Origin: Cenococcum geophilum
Taxonomy: Eukaryota
NCBI GenBank assembly: GCA_050273025.1
Contig: CP158636.1
Location: 11,718,001 to 11,782,000, forward strand
DNA length: 64,000 nt
Reading direction: 5' to 3'
Within the stretch, counting starts at the first letter, position 1, and the number at the start of each line of letters is the position of its first letter. This document shows positions 25,526-39,211 of this stretch, one piece after another. Below the pieces are notes generated by a model. The model was not told where the DNA came from. It did no database searches and saw nothing but the letters and a program-made list of their open reading frames with translations. The position numbers and the translations under genes are program-made.

Positions 25526-25895
25526 TATAACGAGGCGTTATAGTAAATACTATAGTAGACTTATTAATAGGCTAGGTATATAGATAAATAAAAGATATAA
25601 GCCTAACTAGTAGAGTAAGCGCCTAATAGTCTAACTCTAGTTATGTTCTAAGATTTACTATAAAGAAAGAACTATTTACGGTAGGGACTAAGGGTCTTTA
25701 AATATATAACATACGCTTAAGAGATACGCTTAATACGTTTAGTTTATTAAGTACGTAAATATATAATCCTTTATATAAATTGCCTATCCTTTATCCTATA
25801 GTTCGATCGACTTTAGCGTCTTCTACGCTATTATACCTAACTCGTTCTTGTCTTCTCTTAGTAGTCGCACTACTACTAATATAAAGTGCGTAATA
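25526..25895 (-). repeat. Diverged family-A-related LTR, minus orientation
   Basis: Colinear similarity to 5081-5405; no matching TSD seen. Confidence 0.65.
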
Positions 25896-28551
25896 CTTAA
25901 GTTCGTTATAGTTAGGTATAACTAGGCAGTTTAAGTAGTATAGACGGTTTCTATAAGCTTTATACTCGGTTAAAAAAAATCTTTTTAAAAAATCTAGCGC
26001 TATCTTATATTAGCTTAAGCATCTTTTAATAAACTTATTATTTAGATATTTATTAATTATAATCTATTTAATTAGTTAGTTGGTTATTTTAAGGATATAT
26101 ACTATAAGATCTTTAATAGGGGGGTTAAATAGCTTAGGGTAAAGTAGGGTCTAATTTTAGTAGAAGCGTGCTTCCTCTAGCGCTAATACGTCTTACGTAT
26201 ATTAGGTTAGGGTATTAGGCTTCTAACTTTAAGCGCCTAGGTAGTATATAATTAAGAATCGGAAATAAAATAGGTATTCTAACTAGCAAGCCTAATAGTA
26301 CCTTAACTATTTTATAGTTATAAAGTACTTATTAGGCCGTAGAGACGCACTTACCGTAAGCGGCTTAGCGCAGGCGAGGCGCAGGTAAGGCGCCTATAAA
26401 GCGTAGTCGCCCCGCACCTAAGAACAGCAGAATTTAGTTCTATAGTTCTACCCCATTAAGAACCAGATACCTATTGCATTCCGCTACTATTATTACGTTA
26501 CTATATACCCTTAGGGCCTTAGCGTCCTAACAGTTCTAAATTCTTACCCCTTTTTAGAGGTAGCGGTCTAGTAATATAGCGGTTTACTAAGGCTGCGACC
26601 ACGTAACGACAGCCCTCTATTAAAAAGACGACCTATATTTATTAACTGCATCGCAGTCTATTAACCTAATGGCAAGACGCGGGCGTAATGTTAGCGCAGT
26701 GCGTAGTATTAAGTTTGGGGATTAACCCTAGGACGACATAGGCGGACCCACGTCCTAAATAGAACCAGAAGTTATAGGCAAGGATACTATATAGGAAGAA
26801 ATACAACGACTAGAGAACAAGAAGCTACAGCTTCTAGAGCAAGGAAAACTATAGTTGCTTAGAGAGGAGGTGGAAATGCTAAGACGGCGTTAACGCGGTA
26901 AGGCGATATTGACTTTCGTTCCTAACCTAGATCTACTACCTTAAAGTATCCTATTAGAGTACTTAAACGGTAGCTTAATGTATCCAAATCTTAAGTAGAA
27001 GGCTACTAATATAATAGGCGCTTTGTTAAAACGGGCCGTTAAAATAAAGAAGATTACTCTATATTATGGTAAGACTATATAAGAGCACTAAGATTTCTAT
27101 AATAGCTTAAAGCTAGTATTCTGCCTAAAGGCAGACGCCATTATAAATAAGGATACTAAAGTTGCGTTTACTATATAATATATAAAGGGGACTAATAAAA
27201 CCCTTTAGCTATAATATAAAGATAACCATTTAGATATATAGTTTACCTAAAAGGAGCTAATAGAATTCCTACTTAATTAGATTAAAAGTCCTATTAATTA
27301 AGAACTCTATATAGCCCTAATATATACAAGGGCAATGTAGTAAATTAATTAACCTATAAATAGGTTTACTGCTTACTTAACTTCCTTAAAAGCGCAAATT
27401 AACCCTTCTTATAATATAAAGCATCTAATAATATACCTATTCGCGAAGCTACGGCTAGAGCTACGGCTTACTATTACTAACTATTAGGAATTTCTATAAA
27501 CTTAAAATTAGCTAGTTTCCTTAGCTGCCTTATTAAAAGGAAACTAGAAGAGCGCGAGCGCCCTATAAGCTAGAAGCAATAGGCGCGCCGCGAATTTAAA
27601 TATAAAGACTACCCTATTAGATAACTTAGGGAAAGCGGACTCTAAGACTACTGCTAGCAACGCAATAGTAGGGCGAAGTAATACTGCTAGGGGTTTAACC
27701 TAACCTAAGGGGAACTATAAAAATTATAGTAAGCTAGGACATTAGTGGCAATAGTACTTAGAGCAGCAATAGTAATAGTAGCCGCCCCCTAATAATATAA
27801 GCGCCATCTTTATACTAGGAAAAGGCAGGCGCCCTTAGAGCCCCTTATACCTATAAGGCGTAAGCTACTATTAGATTATAAGGAAGCTATTACTATCCTA
27901 GAAAAAGTCCTATCTAAGTAGACCTAAAAGAAGACCTTAGTAATGCTTAATCTTGGCGCCGAAGTAAATGTAATTAATTAGCAATTCGCGATAAAGTATA
28001 ACTTCAAGACGCTAGATGTAGAATTGTCTACCTACTCCTAGTTAAATAAAACTTAGGTATATTACTATAAAGCCTATAAGGTACTACTAAGAATAAAGAA
28101 TAACTAGGGTAGGATTAGGGAAGTAACCCTTATCTACTATAGAATGGCTAACGCATCCCCTACTATTACCCTAGATATACTAGGGTTAAAAAAGGCCCGA
28201 CTTCTTATTAACTATAAGGCGAAGGCGTAGCAATAAAAGCTAGATAGCTTATCCCTATTACTATAAACCCCTAAAAGTTTCGCAAAGTCTCTCTAAAGGG
28301 AATCTAGGGTCTTCGCCCTAGTAATTGCTAAATTAATGCCTAGTAAGTAAGATAACGGCAGCTTACTGGTCCTTCCCCTATAGTTAAAAGAAGTTAGTAA
28401 TATTTTCTTATATAAGGAAGCAGGGAAGCTACCCTAATACTACTAGGGCAACTATACTATTGACCTAAAAAAGGGATAGAAGGTCCCATATAGACCACTT
28501 TATAACCTCTTAGTTAAGGAGCTAGAGGTACTAAGGGGGTACTTAGACAAC

Positions 28552-28871
28552 TATAAGAGGCCAGCCTAACTAGAACGTATAATTATCTAATTAGTGGTAT
28601 AGAATAAGAGTTACAAGGAAGTAGAAGGCGAGTTAAAGGTAGAACGAGTTGTATATATTAAAGGACAAATGCTTTCTAACCTCTTCTATTTAGAGACTAA
28701 TCGCTAGTTCTTCTCTAGAGGAGAACTAGCTCCCTATATAATCCTTTTAAGACGCTAGTAAAACCCTTCGCCCCTTATCTGTCTAACTGTGTCTTTTAGG
28801 ACGTAGATAGAATATAGATAAAACCTCCTACTGTCTTATCTAATATATACCTTTTAAGGGATTCTTTTACA
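28552..28871. mobile_element. Solo LTR (320 bp) inserted in family B pol
   Basis: T(G>A)TAAGAGG...CTTTTACA termini; TSD ACAAC/ATAAC; removing it restores YLDNALAKGWI. Confidence 0.9.
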
Positions 28872-31537
28872 ATAACGCCCTAGCTAAAGACTAGATCTAA
28901 CTAAGTACTAGTTCCGTAGGGGCAACTATCCTATTTATACCTAAAAAAAAAGTTATAGCTCTATATAGACTACAGAGGCCTTAATAAGGTAATAATTAAG
29001 AATCGTCTCGCACTACCATTAATTAGTAAGACCTTAGACCACTTAGTAGGTTCTAAAATCTTTACTAAGTTGGACCTAATAAATGCGTATTACCGCCTTT
29101 ATATCCGTCGGGGCAATAAGTAAAAGACGGCGTTCCGTACGCGTTACGGCCACTTTAAGTATTTAGTTTTACTTTTTAGGCTAACTAACGGACTAGCGAC
29201 CTTTTAGGGCTATATTAATTAAGCCTTATTAGGACTAGTAGATGTCTTCTATATAGTCTACCTTAATAATATTCTAATTTTCTATAAAAATCTAGTGGAA
29301 CACTAGCGCTATATACTAGAAGTGCTACGTAGGTTATAGTAATATTAACTATATATAAACCTTAAGAAGTATAGGTTTGGCGTATAAGAGGTTAAGTGCC
29401 TAGAATATATTATTAGTTCCAAAGGCGTAGCAATAGATCCTAGCTAGGTAGAAGCTATTACTAAGTAGGAGAGCCTTTAATCCTATAGGGATATCTAGGT
29501 CTTCCTAGGTTTTGCTAACTTCTATTACCGGTTTATCTATAAGTACTTTACTATTATAAAGCCTATTACTAATCTCCTAAAGGGAGTAAAGAACGGCCGT
29601 AAAGCTAGGCCTTTTAGTTAGCTAGAAGAGGCAGAGTAGGCAATACGCTAGCTCTATAACGCCTTTATAACGGCGCCGCTTCTATAATACTATACACCAG
29701 GCTTACTAACCTAGTTAGAGACTAATGCCTTAATATAAGGCTTAGCAGCTATTATATTACAGCTATTTAAAAACGGCCTTTAATATCTAATAGCCTTATA
29801 GTTTAGGAAGCTTTTGCTAGTAGAGCATAATTATAAGACCTATAATTAGGAGCTACTAGCTATTATAAAGGCTTTTAAGCATTAGAAATACTATATTAAG
29901 GGGCTATTAAGTAGCCTAAAAGTGCTTATAGATTATTATAATCTAAAGGGTTTTATAAAGGTAAAATCCCTTAATAGACAGTAAGCTAGATAGGCTATAG
30001 CATTAGCTGCCTATAACTTTATTATTAAGCATAGGGCGGGAAAAACAAACCCTATAAACGCGCTATTAAGGCGACCCCTAGGCGTAGGGGGTCCGCTAGA
30101 AGAAGACACTATACTACTACTACTTTAAAGGACTTTGGGAATATAGGGCTACCAACCTAAGGTAAAAGTCCTATTAGGTATATAGGAAAGCGAGCCTTCT
30201 ATAAAGGTATCGTTTTTATAGCTATAAGCTAGCGACCTAACGGCGGTACGCCTAGGTAATATAGCATTATAGTTTAACTAGGCAACCTATATATATGCCG
30301 TTAAGCAGCGTATAATAAGGACCTAAGTTAGAGAAGTAAGTACTTAAGAGAGTGCTTATAAGTCCAGTACGGAAACAGTCGTTAAGCTTATTAAAGGGCT
30401 TTAGACTAAAGGTAACTTTATACTACAAAAGCGCAGCAACAGCGTAGATATGGCAAGATACTATTAATACGCCTGCTTAAAGCTAGTGTGGCAGTTTAAT
30501 TCCGCTAGACTACTTTATTACCGTAAGAGGTTATATATACCCCTAGACCTAGCAGTTTATATAAAACTCCTATAAATCTACTACGATAATGCCCTAGCTA
30601 GCCACTTCGGTAAGAAAAAGACTCTAGATTTACTCTTGCGTAAGTACTACTGGCTTAGTATAAATATAGATATTATAAACTATATCTCTACCTATAATAT
30701 ATACTAACGTATATATACGCCTTAATATCGCCCTTATAGCGAGCTTTAAGCGCTACCTTACTCAGACTAGCTATGGCAGGAGATTATAACAGACTTTATT
30801 ACAGGCCTACTGCCTAGTAGATAAGGCGATAGGGTATATAACGTAATATACATAGTACCCGACCGCTACACTAAGATGGCCTTATATCTACTAATAGTAA
30901 AAACTATTACTATAACCAAACTTGCGGATCTCTTCCTTAATAAAGTAGTACGCCATTTTAGAATCCCTAGAGGGATTATATCTAATTATAGTAGTATTTT
31001 TACTAGTAAGTTTTAGTTAGAGCTATACTTTACTATAAAGATAAAATATAGGTTAAGTATAGCCTTTTACCCGCAAACGGATAGGTAAATAAAATGCCAA
31101 AACTAAACCCTAGAGTATTACCTCCGTATATTTTATAACGAAAAGCAAAGTAACTAGATAGGCCTTTTATTACTAGCTAAATTCGCCTATAATAATGCCA
31201 AATATAGTATAATAGGTATAAGCCCGTTCTATACCTACTATAGGTTTTATCCGCGTCTAAAATATAAGGTTAAGGCAGACAATAGTAGTTCTATCCCAGC
31301 CGCCTCTAAGAGGATTAAAAAAATATCCCTTAAACGCGAAGCGCTAGCGAAATGCTAGGAAAGCGCTACTAAGGCGCAGGTAAAATACTATAATTGTTAT
31401 TACAAACTATAAATATATAATATAGGGGATCTAGTCCTATTATTAACTAAGAACCTTAAATAGAAAAGGCTAAATAAGAAGCTTATAATACGCTTTATTA
31501 AACTTTTTAATATAGCCAAACTAGTTAGAAAGTAAGT

Positions 31538-33901
31538 TTTTTTAATTTTTAATTTTTATATCCGTTATATTATACTACGTACAATACTGCGCATGCAGCC
31601 TCTGGGCTATAGCGCTATAGCTCTATATACATAAATCCTTTCTAGGCATCTTAATATGTACTAGTAGCTATATCCTAGTAGTTTATAAACCCCTAAACTA
31701 GGAGTTTATAGTTCCTTAGTAAAATACTAAGTTACTACAACTACTAGGGAATGAGAAAACGGTAGGAAAAACTATAAGAAACCCTAACACCTATCCCTAT
31801 CCTTTTACAATTTATTTCTATCCTTTTGCTCTCTAGGGTCTTTTTAAGAGCCTAGTAGGAGTTACCTTCTTCTAGAGTCCTATTTGTTTTATTCTTCCAT
31901 AGAACCTTCTTCGCTAGTACTATATACTAGTTTAGCTGCTTTAAGAGTCTCGCAGTCTTTACTATTAGTAAAGTGTTTTTCCTTACAATTAATGTAAAGA
32001 GGGGTAGTGTGCTTACAAGGCTTGCCCATTACCATACAGGTACGATAGCAGTGGTCTTTAGATAAGTGTGCAGCCGCACAGAATCTACAGGCCCTATTAG
32101 AGCACCTATCTCCTATATGACTAAATTGGCAGCTAGTACACTGCGTAGTAGGAGAGACTTCTAGGTATTTTACTACCTTAGTAGCTGTACCCGTAATTAG
32201 AATCTCTTTTTGCTTAAGGATTTCTTGTCTTCTGTCCTTATTCTCTATAGTAAAAACTATAAAGCTAAATCTAGTTTGTGGATTGTGTCTTTTTACACTA
32301 GATAAGATCCATCTAGGTAGTCCTTGTATCCTTATAGGATTAAAGGTCTTAATTTCTTCTTTTAGAAGCTTAGAGCCTCCATCTTCTAGAAAAGGTAGGG
32401 TAGGAACCCTATAGGCTATAATTTAAACCCAAGGTTCTAGTTTTTATTCTCTTTAGAAGGTAAAGCAGTTATGCTAGATATCCTTATATTTGACTAAGAA
32501 ATCTGCATTATACTCTTCTGTAGTTATAAGGAGAATATTTTATTTTCCTTTAGTTCTAGCTATAGACGCTAGTACTAGCTTTTCTACTTACGGTTTTAAT
32601 GCAAATAGTTGGTTAACCTTATTCCGTATAAAGAAGGTATCTAGAGATTAGTCCTTTTCGTCTGTGATTAGGACTAGCTTCCTTTCTTATAGTTGCTTTT
32701 TCTTACTTCTAGTAGAAGTAGGACTCCTACTAGAAGGAGAAGGGGTAGATAATAGTGATAATATAGGAGGTAGGGAGGACGAGAAAGGGAGGTCCTTCCT
32801 TAGCCTCTTTGCGTAAGTTTCCTTAATAGGAGCCACCTCCTTACGGAGAGCTCTTACTTCTTCTACTAGTCCTTTTAGGACATCTTTTTCCATTTCTTCT
32901 TTTGTAAAGAGATCTTCTCCTGCTAAGATACTCCGTATATAGTTCCCTATCTTTCTAATTTATTCTTTTTCTTTTTTTTCTTCCTCTTCTTCTTCTAGCC
33001 CTTTATAGGCCTAGAGTAGGCTTTCTAAGGCCTTTTGTAGGTGTTGTTCTGGATAGAGGGGAGGAAAAGATATACTAGGTATCCTATCCGTAGTAGTAGT
33101 TGGTTTTATTATCTTTTTTGCAGGTTTTTGGTTTTCCTTTTCAGGAGAAGACTAAGGATGTTGTCAACCGTTGAGGTCACTCTCAGGTACCACCTTATGA
33201 CTCACCACCCTGTTCTCGTATGTCTTACTACTGTCTCGGTCAGCGACTCGGTCAACGACTCGGTCTACGACTCGGTCTCCAACACGGTAACCAAATTAGT
33301 CTACTACCCTTTTTCTTATATATTTATAGAGGCTCTAGAGCCACATTCAATAGACAGAGTTCTTCTCAGTGACTTGTCCGTTCGACAGATGTCCTCTTTT
33401 TTCTCCTGTTCTAAACAGGCCAGGAGAAGGAGAGGGGGGAGAAAAAGTAAATATAGACTCTTCATCACTTGTTTCTATAGGAGGTTTTTTTTTAGACCTA
33501 TTAGGCCTTGGCATTTTGTATCTTATAGGGGGGTTTCCTAGTTTTTACTATCCTTATACCCTTTCTCCTTACTAATCCTACTAGAAGATTTCTGGGGAGA
33601 TTAGGCTAAAAGGTAGTAGAAAAACTAGCTCCTATTTTGTAGTTTTGGTATTGGTGGTAGTAGTAGTAGTTTTGGTATTCCTGTCCGTGCCTCGCTTACA
33701 AGCTAGGGCCACCCTTAGAGAAATTTTTCTATTAGGAAAAGGGGGTAAAACGACAAATAAATCCACCTCTAGCTCGCTAGGCAGTAGGAATTAGGTTTTA
33801 AGAGTTGGAAAATCGATTTTTTTTTGATGGTAAGATGGGTATGCGTAAGTTTTGGAGTGTGGCGCTACCTTTTGGTAAGGTTGCATGTGCGGTAAAGGTT
33901 T
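31538..33901 (-). mobile_element. ORF1-only non-LTR retroposon (half-LINE), ~2.36 kb
   Basis: 13-bp TSD TTAGAAAGTAAGT (31525-31537, 33902-33914); A-rich tail; LINE ORF1-type knuckles TQCTSCQFGH..C..CRFCAAAH...CINCKEKH..DC ~31945-32150; no endonuclease or RT. Confidence 0.85.
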
Positions 33902-34334
33902 TTAGAAAGTAAGTATACTGGCTATATCTACCTACGTTTTACCGTATCTACCCTATATTCTATATTAGCTTACTAGAGCCATATAAATAACGTAAGGGCG
34001 CTACTAAAGACCTATTACTAGGGCCTATCGAGCTAGACAATTAAAAGGACTAAGAGGACTAGTATAAGGTAGAAGAAATACGTAGAAGAAAAGGACGTAA
34101 CTAAACCCTACAGTACCTAGTTAAGTAAAAAGGCTAGCTAAAAGAGTATAACTAATAGGTCCTAATAAGGACGTAAAGAAGATATATAATAGTTACTTTA
34201 CCCTAAAAGGCAAAAAAAAAAGTAGAGGGGAGAACTAAAATAATTAAATTATAACCAAGATTATACCCTGCTAGTAGGGTAACAACAAAACAACGGTAAA
34301 GTAATAGTAGTACGCCGACAGAAATATAGATACT

Positions 34335-34833
34335 TTATAGCTCCATTAAATCCTTCTTCTCCTCTCCTTCCTTTTCCTCCTCCTCCTCTCCTTCTATATT
34401 CTTCTCTCCCTCCTCCTTATTCTCCTTACCCTTATTCTCCTCCTTATCCCTTATAATAGGAGGTATATTAGCCTACAAGTACTATTAGCATACGTTACGC
34501 CGGCGAAATACCTACGTTATAACACGTACTAAAGTACGTATTATGTTAAGAATCCCTTTAAGGGTATAACGGATGGCCTATAATTCCTGCACTTAGAGTA
34601 GGGGAAAGTCTTCACCCTTTAGGCGCTAGCGAAGACCGTACTTAACACTAGTGCGCACTAAGGCCTTAATATCCTTTGTAAAGGGTTTCTAGGCAGCAGT
34701 AACGCGAGCATTAAGGTTAGCTATGTCCTCGCTAATAACCTACTAGGGTTAGAAATAGTTATAAGCTAGTATAAAGAATACTTATAGAAGGCTTACCAGT
34801 AGGCGAATTAGCGGCGTTACGCTTGCGATTTAT
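34335..34833 (-). pseudogene. Antisense, intron-containing accessory gene remnant in family B 3' region with acidic C-terminal tail
   Basis: Minus strand: M(ATA)DRKRDAADSPT, GTAAG...CTAAC..TAG intron 34740-34796, second GTACGT...CTAAT..TAG intron ~34473-34529, then Glu-rich tract. Confidence 0.5.
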
Positions 34834-37613
34834 AATTAATTAAGAGTTGTAAAAAAGGCGAAGCGTAGGCTAAACGAATTAAATTAAAATAGAAAGGGAA
34901 ATCTGGTATTCTACCTTAGGGGGACTCCTACCTTTATAGGTCTCTATAGGGCCCTTCCGTTCTATTATCTTATTATCCTATTATTTTATTATCCTATTAT
35001 CCTATTATCTAATTGTCTAATACTACATTATACTGCACATTTCTTATTTAGTAAAGGATAATAATAATATTCCTATTATATAATAGCGTCGGCTAAGGAC
35101 AGCCGCTTGAGAAGGGGGGGTAATTATTAGGCCGTAAAGACGCACTTACCATAACCAGCTTAGCGCAGGCAAGGCGCAGGCGAGGCGCCTATAAAACGTA
35201 GTCGCCCCACACCTAAGAATAGCAGAATTTAGTTCTATAGTTCTACCCCATTAAGAACCAGATACCTATTGCATTCCGCTACTATTATTATGTTGCTACA
35301 TACCTATAGGGCCTTGGCGTCCTAACAGTACTATAGGTTCTTATAGTCGCTAAGGACATTAATTAGAAATCTAACACCTTCGTTTTAGTCGCTATTATTT
35401 AAAGTATTTATTAATAGCTAGTAATTCCCTATCGTAGATCTTATAGTTATATTTAATTAGGCTTAGTTATTTTAAGACGTATAATACTAGGTATAACACT
35501 TCTTCCCTATTATATTAAGATAAAATATATCTAATAACGTAGTTAGATAAGTTGGCTTCTATAACGCTTATTTAACCTAGGTTAAAGTATTAGAGTATAG
35601 GTACGGTAGTAAATATAACCTTTTAGGTTAGAGTTATAAGGGAAGAAATTAGAGCAGAGAAGTTATTAATAAACCGTTAGTAGAAATTAGTAAATCCTAT
35701 AGAGGCTTTTACGTCCTTAATATTCTTAGGTTCTTACTAATTTATAATTACTTTAACCTTCTTTAGGTCTATTTATATTTCGTCTATAGAAATAAAAGGT
35801 TTTAGATATAGAACTTCTATTTAGTAGAACTTCTATTTATCTATATCTAATTATAAACTAGCTCCGTATCGGGCTTATAGGATAAGTTTAACGTATTTCT
35901 AGTATTCGGCTAGACTATCATTATATATTAGAATATCGTTAACACAAGCAGTACAGAAGACGTCTAAATAGGGGCGTAGGGTATTATTTACATAATATTA
36001 GAATAAACTTAAGGCGATTATAAGACTAAACGGCATTACTAAGTACTTAAATAATTTATATTAGGTACGGTATATAGTAAGCTATTTATCTCCCTTTGTA
36101 ATACAGAGGCGGTTAAATACGATAATAATATTAAGCTTTATATAGAAGCGAGCTTTACTTAATTGGTTTAGTATCTCTTAAATTAATAGAATTAGATATT
36201 AGCTAGTAATAATACTAGTATTAAGAGCTTAGTAATCTATATAGAAGTATAGACTGCCGCTAGATTTCTTAATAAAGATTACTAGTATAGCTATAGATAA
36301 AGAGCTTACTCTAATAAACTCTTTATTTCGGTTCTTGTTTAAGTACTTCTATAATACCTAAAGTTTATTTTAAGATATTCTATATAGAGGTCTAAATCCG
36401 GGTTATTTTCCTTATTTAAATGTGATCTTATAGTTGTATAATTAATATTCTAGTAGCTTATTAGCTCCCTTTTATAAAATATAACTAGATATTAATAGTA
36501 CGTTACTAGTACTTTTTTAGTACTAAGGCCTTTTTAATATTCGCTATTATAATAGCGGAGATTATATATTTAGGTTTCCTAGCGAGTTATACTAATAGGG
36601 TAGCTCTAATTATATAAATACCTAGGGTATTAAGTAAGCTCCAGTTATCTACTATTTCTTATATAGTTCTTTATTTAGCTTTAGCTTTAGCATTAAGTAC
36701 GGAGTCGGTATTAGATTTAGACTTAGGTTCTTTAAGTATCTTTTTTATAGTAGAGTATTAGTTCCTCTAGTACTTTTATATACTAAGCTTAAGCTTTTAC
36801 TTAGTTTAGAGCAATATAGTAATTAGGATTAGTTTATAGGGTTTAGTAGGATTTCTAAATCCTTAATAGATATTAGTTGCAATTTTAGACTAGTAGGTCC
36901 TAGTAGATTCTTTATATTTTAATTTAAGGTCTAAGTAGTAAGTTATAAAGAACTTTTACTTATAACAGGAGACATTGTATAAAAGCTTAAGGTTATTCTA
37001 ATTAATAACTACCTTATATAGCTTTATCTAAGATTATATTAGAATTACTAAGTAACCTAGAGTAGTAATAAGATACCTAATTAGTTTTTTACAGTTTAGG
37101 TATTAGTGTTTTAGAAATACTATATAAGTAATACAGCTTAAAATAGTACGTTTACTATTAAATATACTAGTTAAGAGGAGTTAAAGTAAATCTATTATTT
37201 TCCATGAAGATTATATTAATAAATCCTATACTACTAGCCTCTATATTAATTAAAGCTTAAGTATTAGCCTATTAACCGTTCTACTAAAGATAGTAGTTAA
37301 TGGTTATACTATAATCCTAAGAGTTAGAGTTTATAATATCTAATATCTTAGTTATAGCTTTATTCTCATAAGTAGTACTTATAAAATACTAAGTAATAAC
37401 TAGATAATAATCAGGGTTAGTAAATAGAGCTTAATTAAAATAACTAGTTACTTATACTAGTTATTTATATATATATTTAAGATAGTAGAATAGAGTAGTA
37501 ACTTAAGATATAGGTGTCGCTTCCATACTTAAAATAAAGGCTATATTTAATACGTTACTCTTATTTAATAGATCCTTCTAAGGCGTAAAAAGGGTCCTAG
37601 TATTAATATCTAT

Positions 37614-37943
37614 CCCTTAACCCGCCAATATCTACAAAGTAAGCAGTCTGTACGGAACACCAGGATTAGAGCAACGCGTATAAGCTATATAGATTTAATT
37701 AATACAAACTATTAAGTATGCCTTCCAATTATACTTCCAGTAATATAGACCTTGTTAACCCAACTCAATATTACGTTTAACCAAATCGTGTCTCAAAAAA
37801 GCGTCCCTTAAAGCCTTGGCCATTGCCCGATTTTAAACCTCTTTACACCAGCTATATATTCCTAAGCACGGCAATTTTAATACATTGATTTAATTGGTAA
37901 ATCCTTATCGATAACGTATAGACGAATTTTGGCGGGTTAAGAA
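37614..37943. mobile_element. 330-bp MITE of the CCCTT-terminal family inserted in family C gag
   Basis: TAT|CCCTTAACCCGCCAA ... TTGGCGGGTTAAGAA|ATA; reverse complement matches 44855-44920. Confidence 0.82.
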
Positions 37944-38502
37944 ATAGCGCCTAGGTCCTTACGGGTCTTAAAAGGCTAAGAGGCAAAGTATTAAAGTAGA
38001 TATTTTAGGGTAAGACGTAGTATATAGTTATATAAGCTATTACACAAGGAACACTAAAAGCGAGATCCGACCCATACTGTCCTATGGGGGTTCCTTTCCG
38101 TCTCATCCTGTCCGTACGGTCAAGCTAAGAGTAAGGATCTCGTCTGTTACTAATGCAGCGGCGTTACGTCGTAGCTAGAGGGCGCTTTCGAATGCGTCGT
38201 CCTTAACGCCGTTAGAACAGCAGAGTTTTCGCGGGTCTTGGCGTGCTAAGAATCAAAAAACCACAAAGACAACTTATCATAAATAGAGGAATGGTTTTAA
38301 GAACTACCCGATATCTTCTTACCTAGGCTCCAATCTAGGGCCACAAGCCAGCGCTTATATTTACTAGTAGAAGCGATAGGTGGATTTAAGGGGATAATAG
38401 GGCACCTCTATACTTATTCCGCTCTAAGACTGTCTAGCAGTAAGGGCATAGGAAAAATCTTAATACCGTTAACCACATTTAGCGACGTTAATCCTCCCTT
38501 TT

Positions 38503-38654
38503 TACGCAGCGGCGTTAACCTTTCTCTAGGTGGCGACATTAATCTAAAACGGACTAAGAAAGAGCTAGGACGAACCTGTACGTAGCGGCGTTAACCTTTC
38601 TCTAGGTGGCGACGTTAATCTAAAATGGACTAAGAAAGAGCGAGGACGAACCTA
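38503..38654. repeat. 76-bp direct tandem duplication
   Basis: TACG(C/T)AGCGGCGTTAACCTTTCTCTAGGTGGCGAC...GGACGAACCT occurs twice. Confidence 0.9.
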
Positions 38655-39211
38655 TATAGGTAGGCTAAAATGGACTTAGATGCAGGTATTAGTTAAAATA
38701 AAAGGATAATAAGTTTAGTTAGTAGGCGGCTAAGGGATAATAGCTGCGCGGCGTTAAGTTATTATGGGCCTACGCCTGTAAGACACGGTCGGCCTATTGT
38801 CGCGAGAGCGTTACAGGTAACGTAAAGTAGCTAATAACGGCTGTGGGGCGTAGTATACAATGGCAGTAATAGACAACTCTAGAAACCTTACCCCTTTACT
38901 AGGCTCTAACTCCTAGTGGACCTATTTTAGAGGAAGGATTAACACCTTATTAATAACACTATCTATATAGCCTAAAAGGACGGACGCGCGTGTTAGTTTA
39001 TCTAGGCAGGGTAGGCTGTAAGGATAGGCTTATGGAGCAAATCAGGTGCACATAGGCAGTGGCTGGTTTTGGCCGGCTGGCTGCTGTGGAAGTAGATAGA
39101 CGTTAAGGGGCGTCCAAAGTGGAAAACTATGGTAGAGGGCCCTGGCAAGAGGGCCTCCGCAACTCTGCTTTATATATAACTCTTATAGCTCTGTAATGCA
39201 AATGTATCCTG

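Larger units (their letters stand above)
26330..35327 (+). mobile_element. Complete Ty3/gypsy family B with nested solo LTR and ORF1-only retroposon
   Basis: 203-bp LTRs 26330-26532 and 35125-35327; TSD GTACT (26325-26329, 35328-35332); PPT GAGAAGGGGGGG; protease LDSGAEVN ~27945; VYLDDILI ~29256; integrase ~30540-31500; chromodomain ~34060-34190. Confidence 0.95.
25896..38040 (-). mobile_element. Truncated minus-strand Ty3/gypsy (family C) gag-pol, split by family B and a MITE
   Basis: Minus strand: Gag KDPxAMDID and LCFKCGSDTH knuckle ~37500-37960; RT YLVMPFGL / CTACVDDILIY ~35920-36050; RNase H continues at 26329-25900. Confidence 0.8.
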
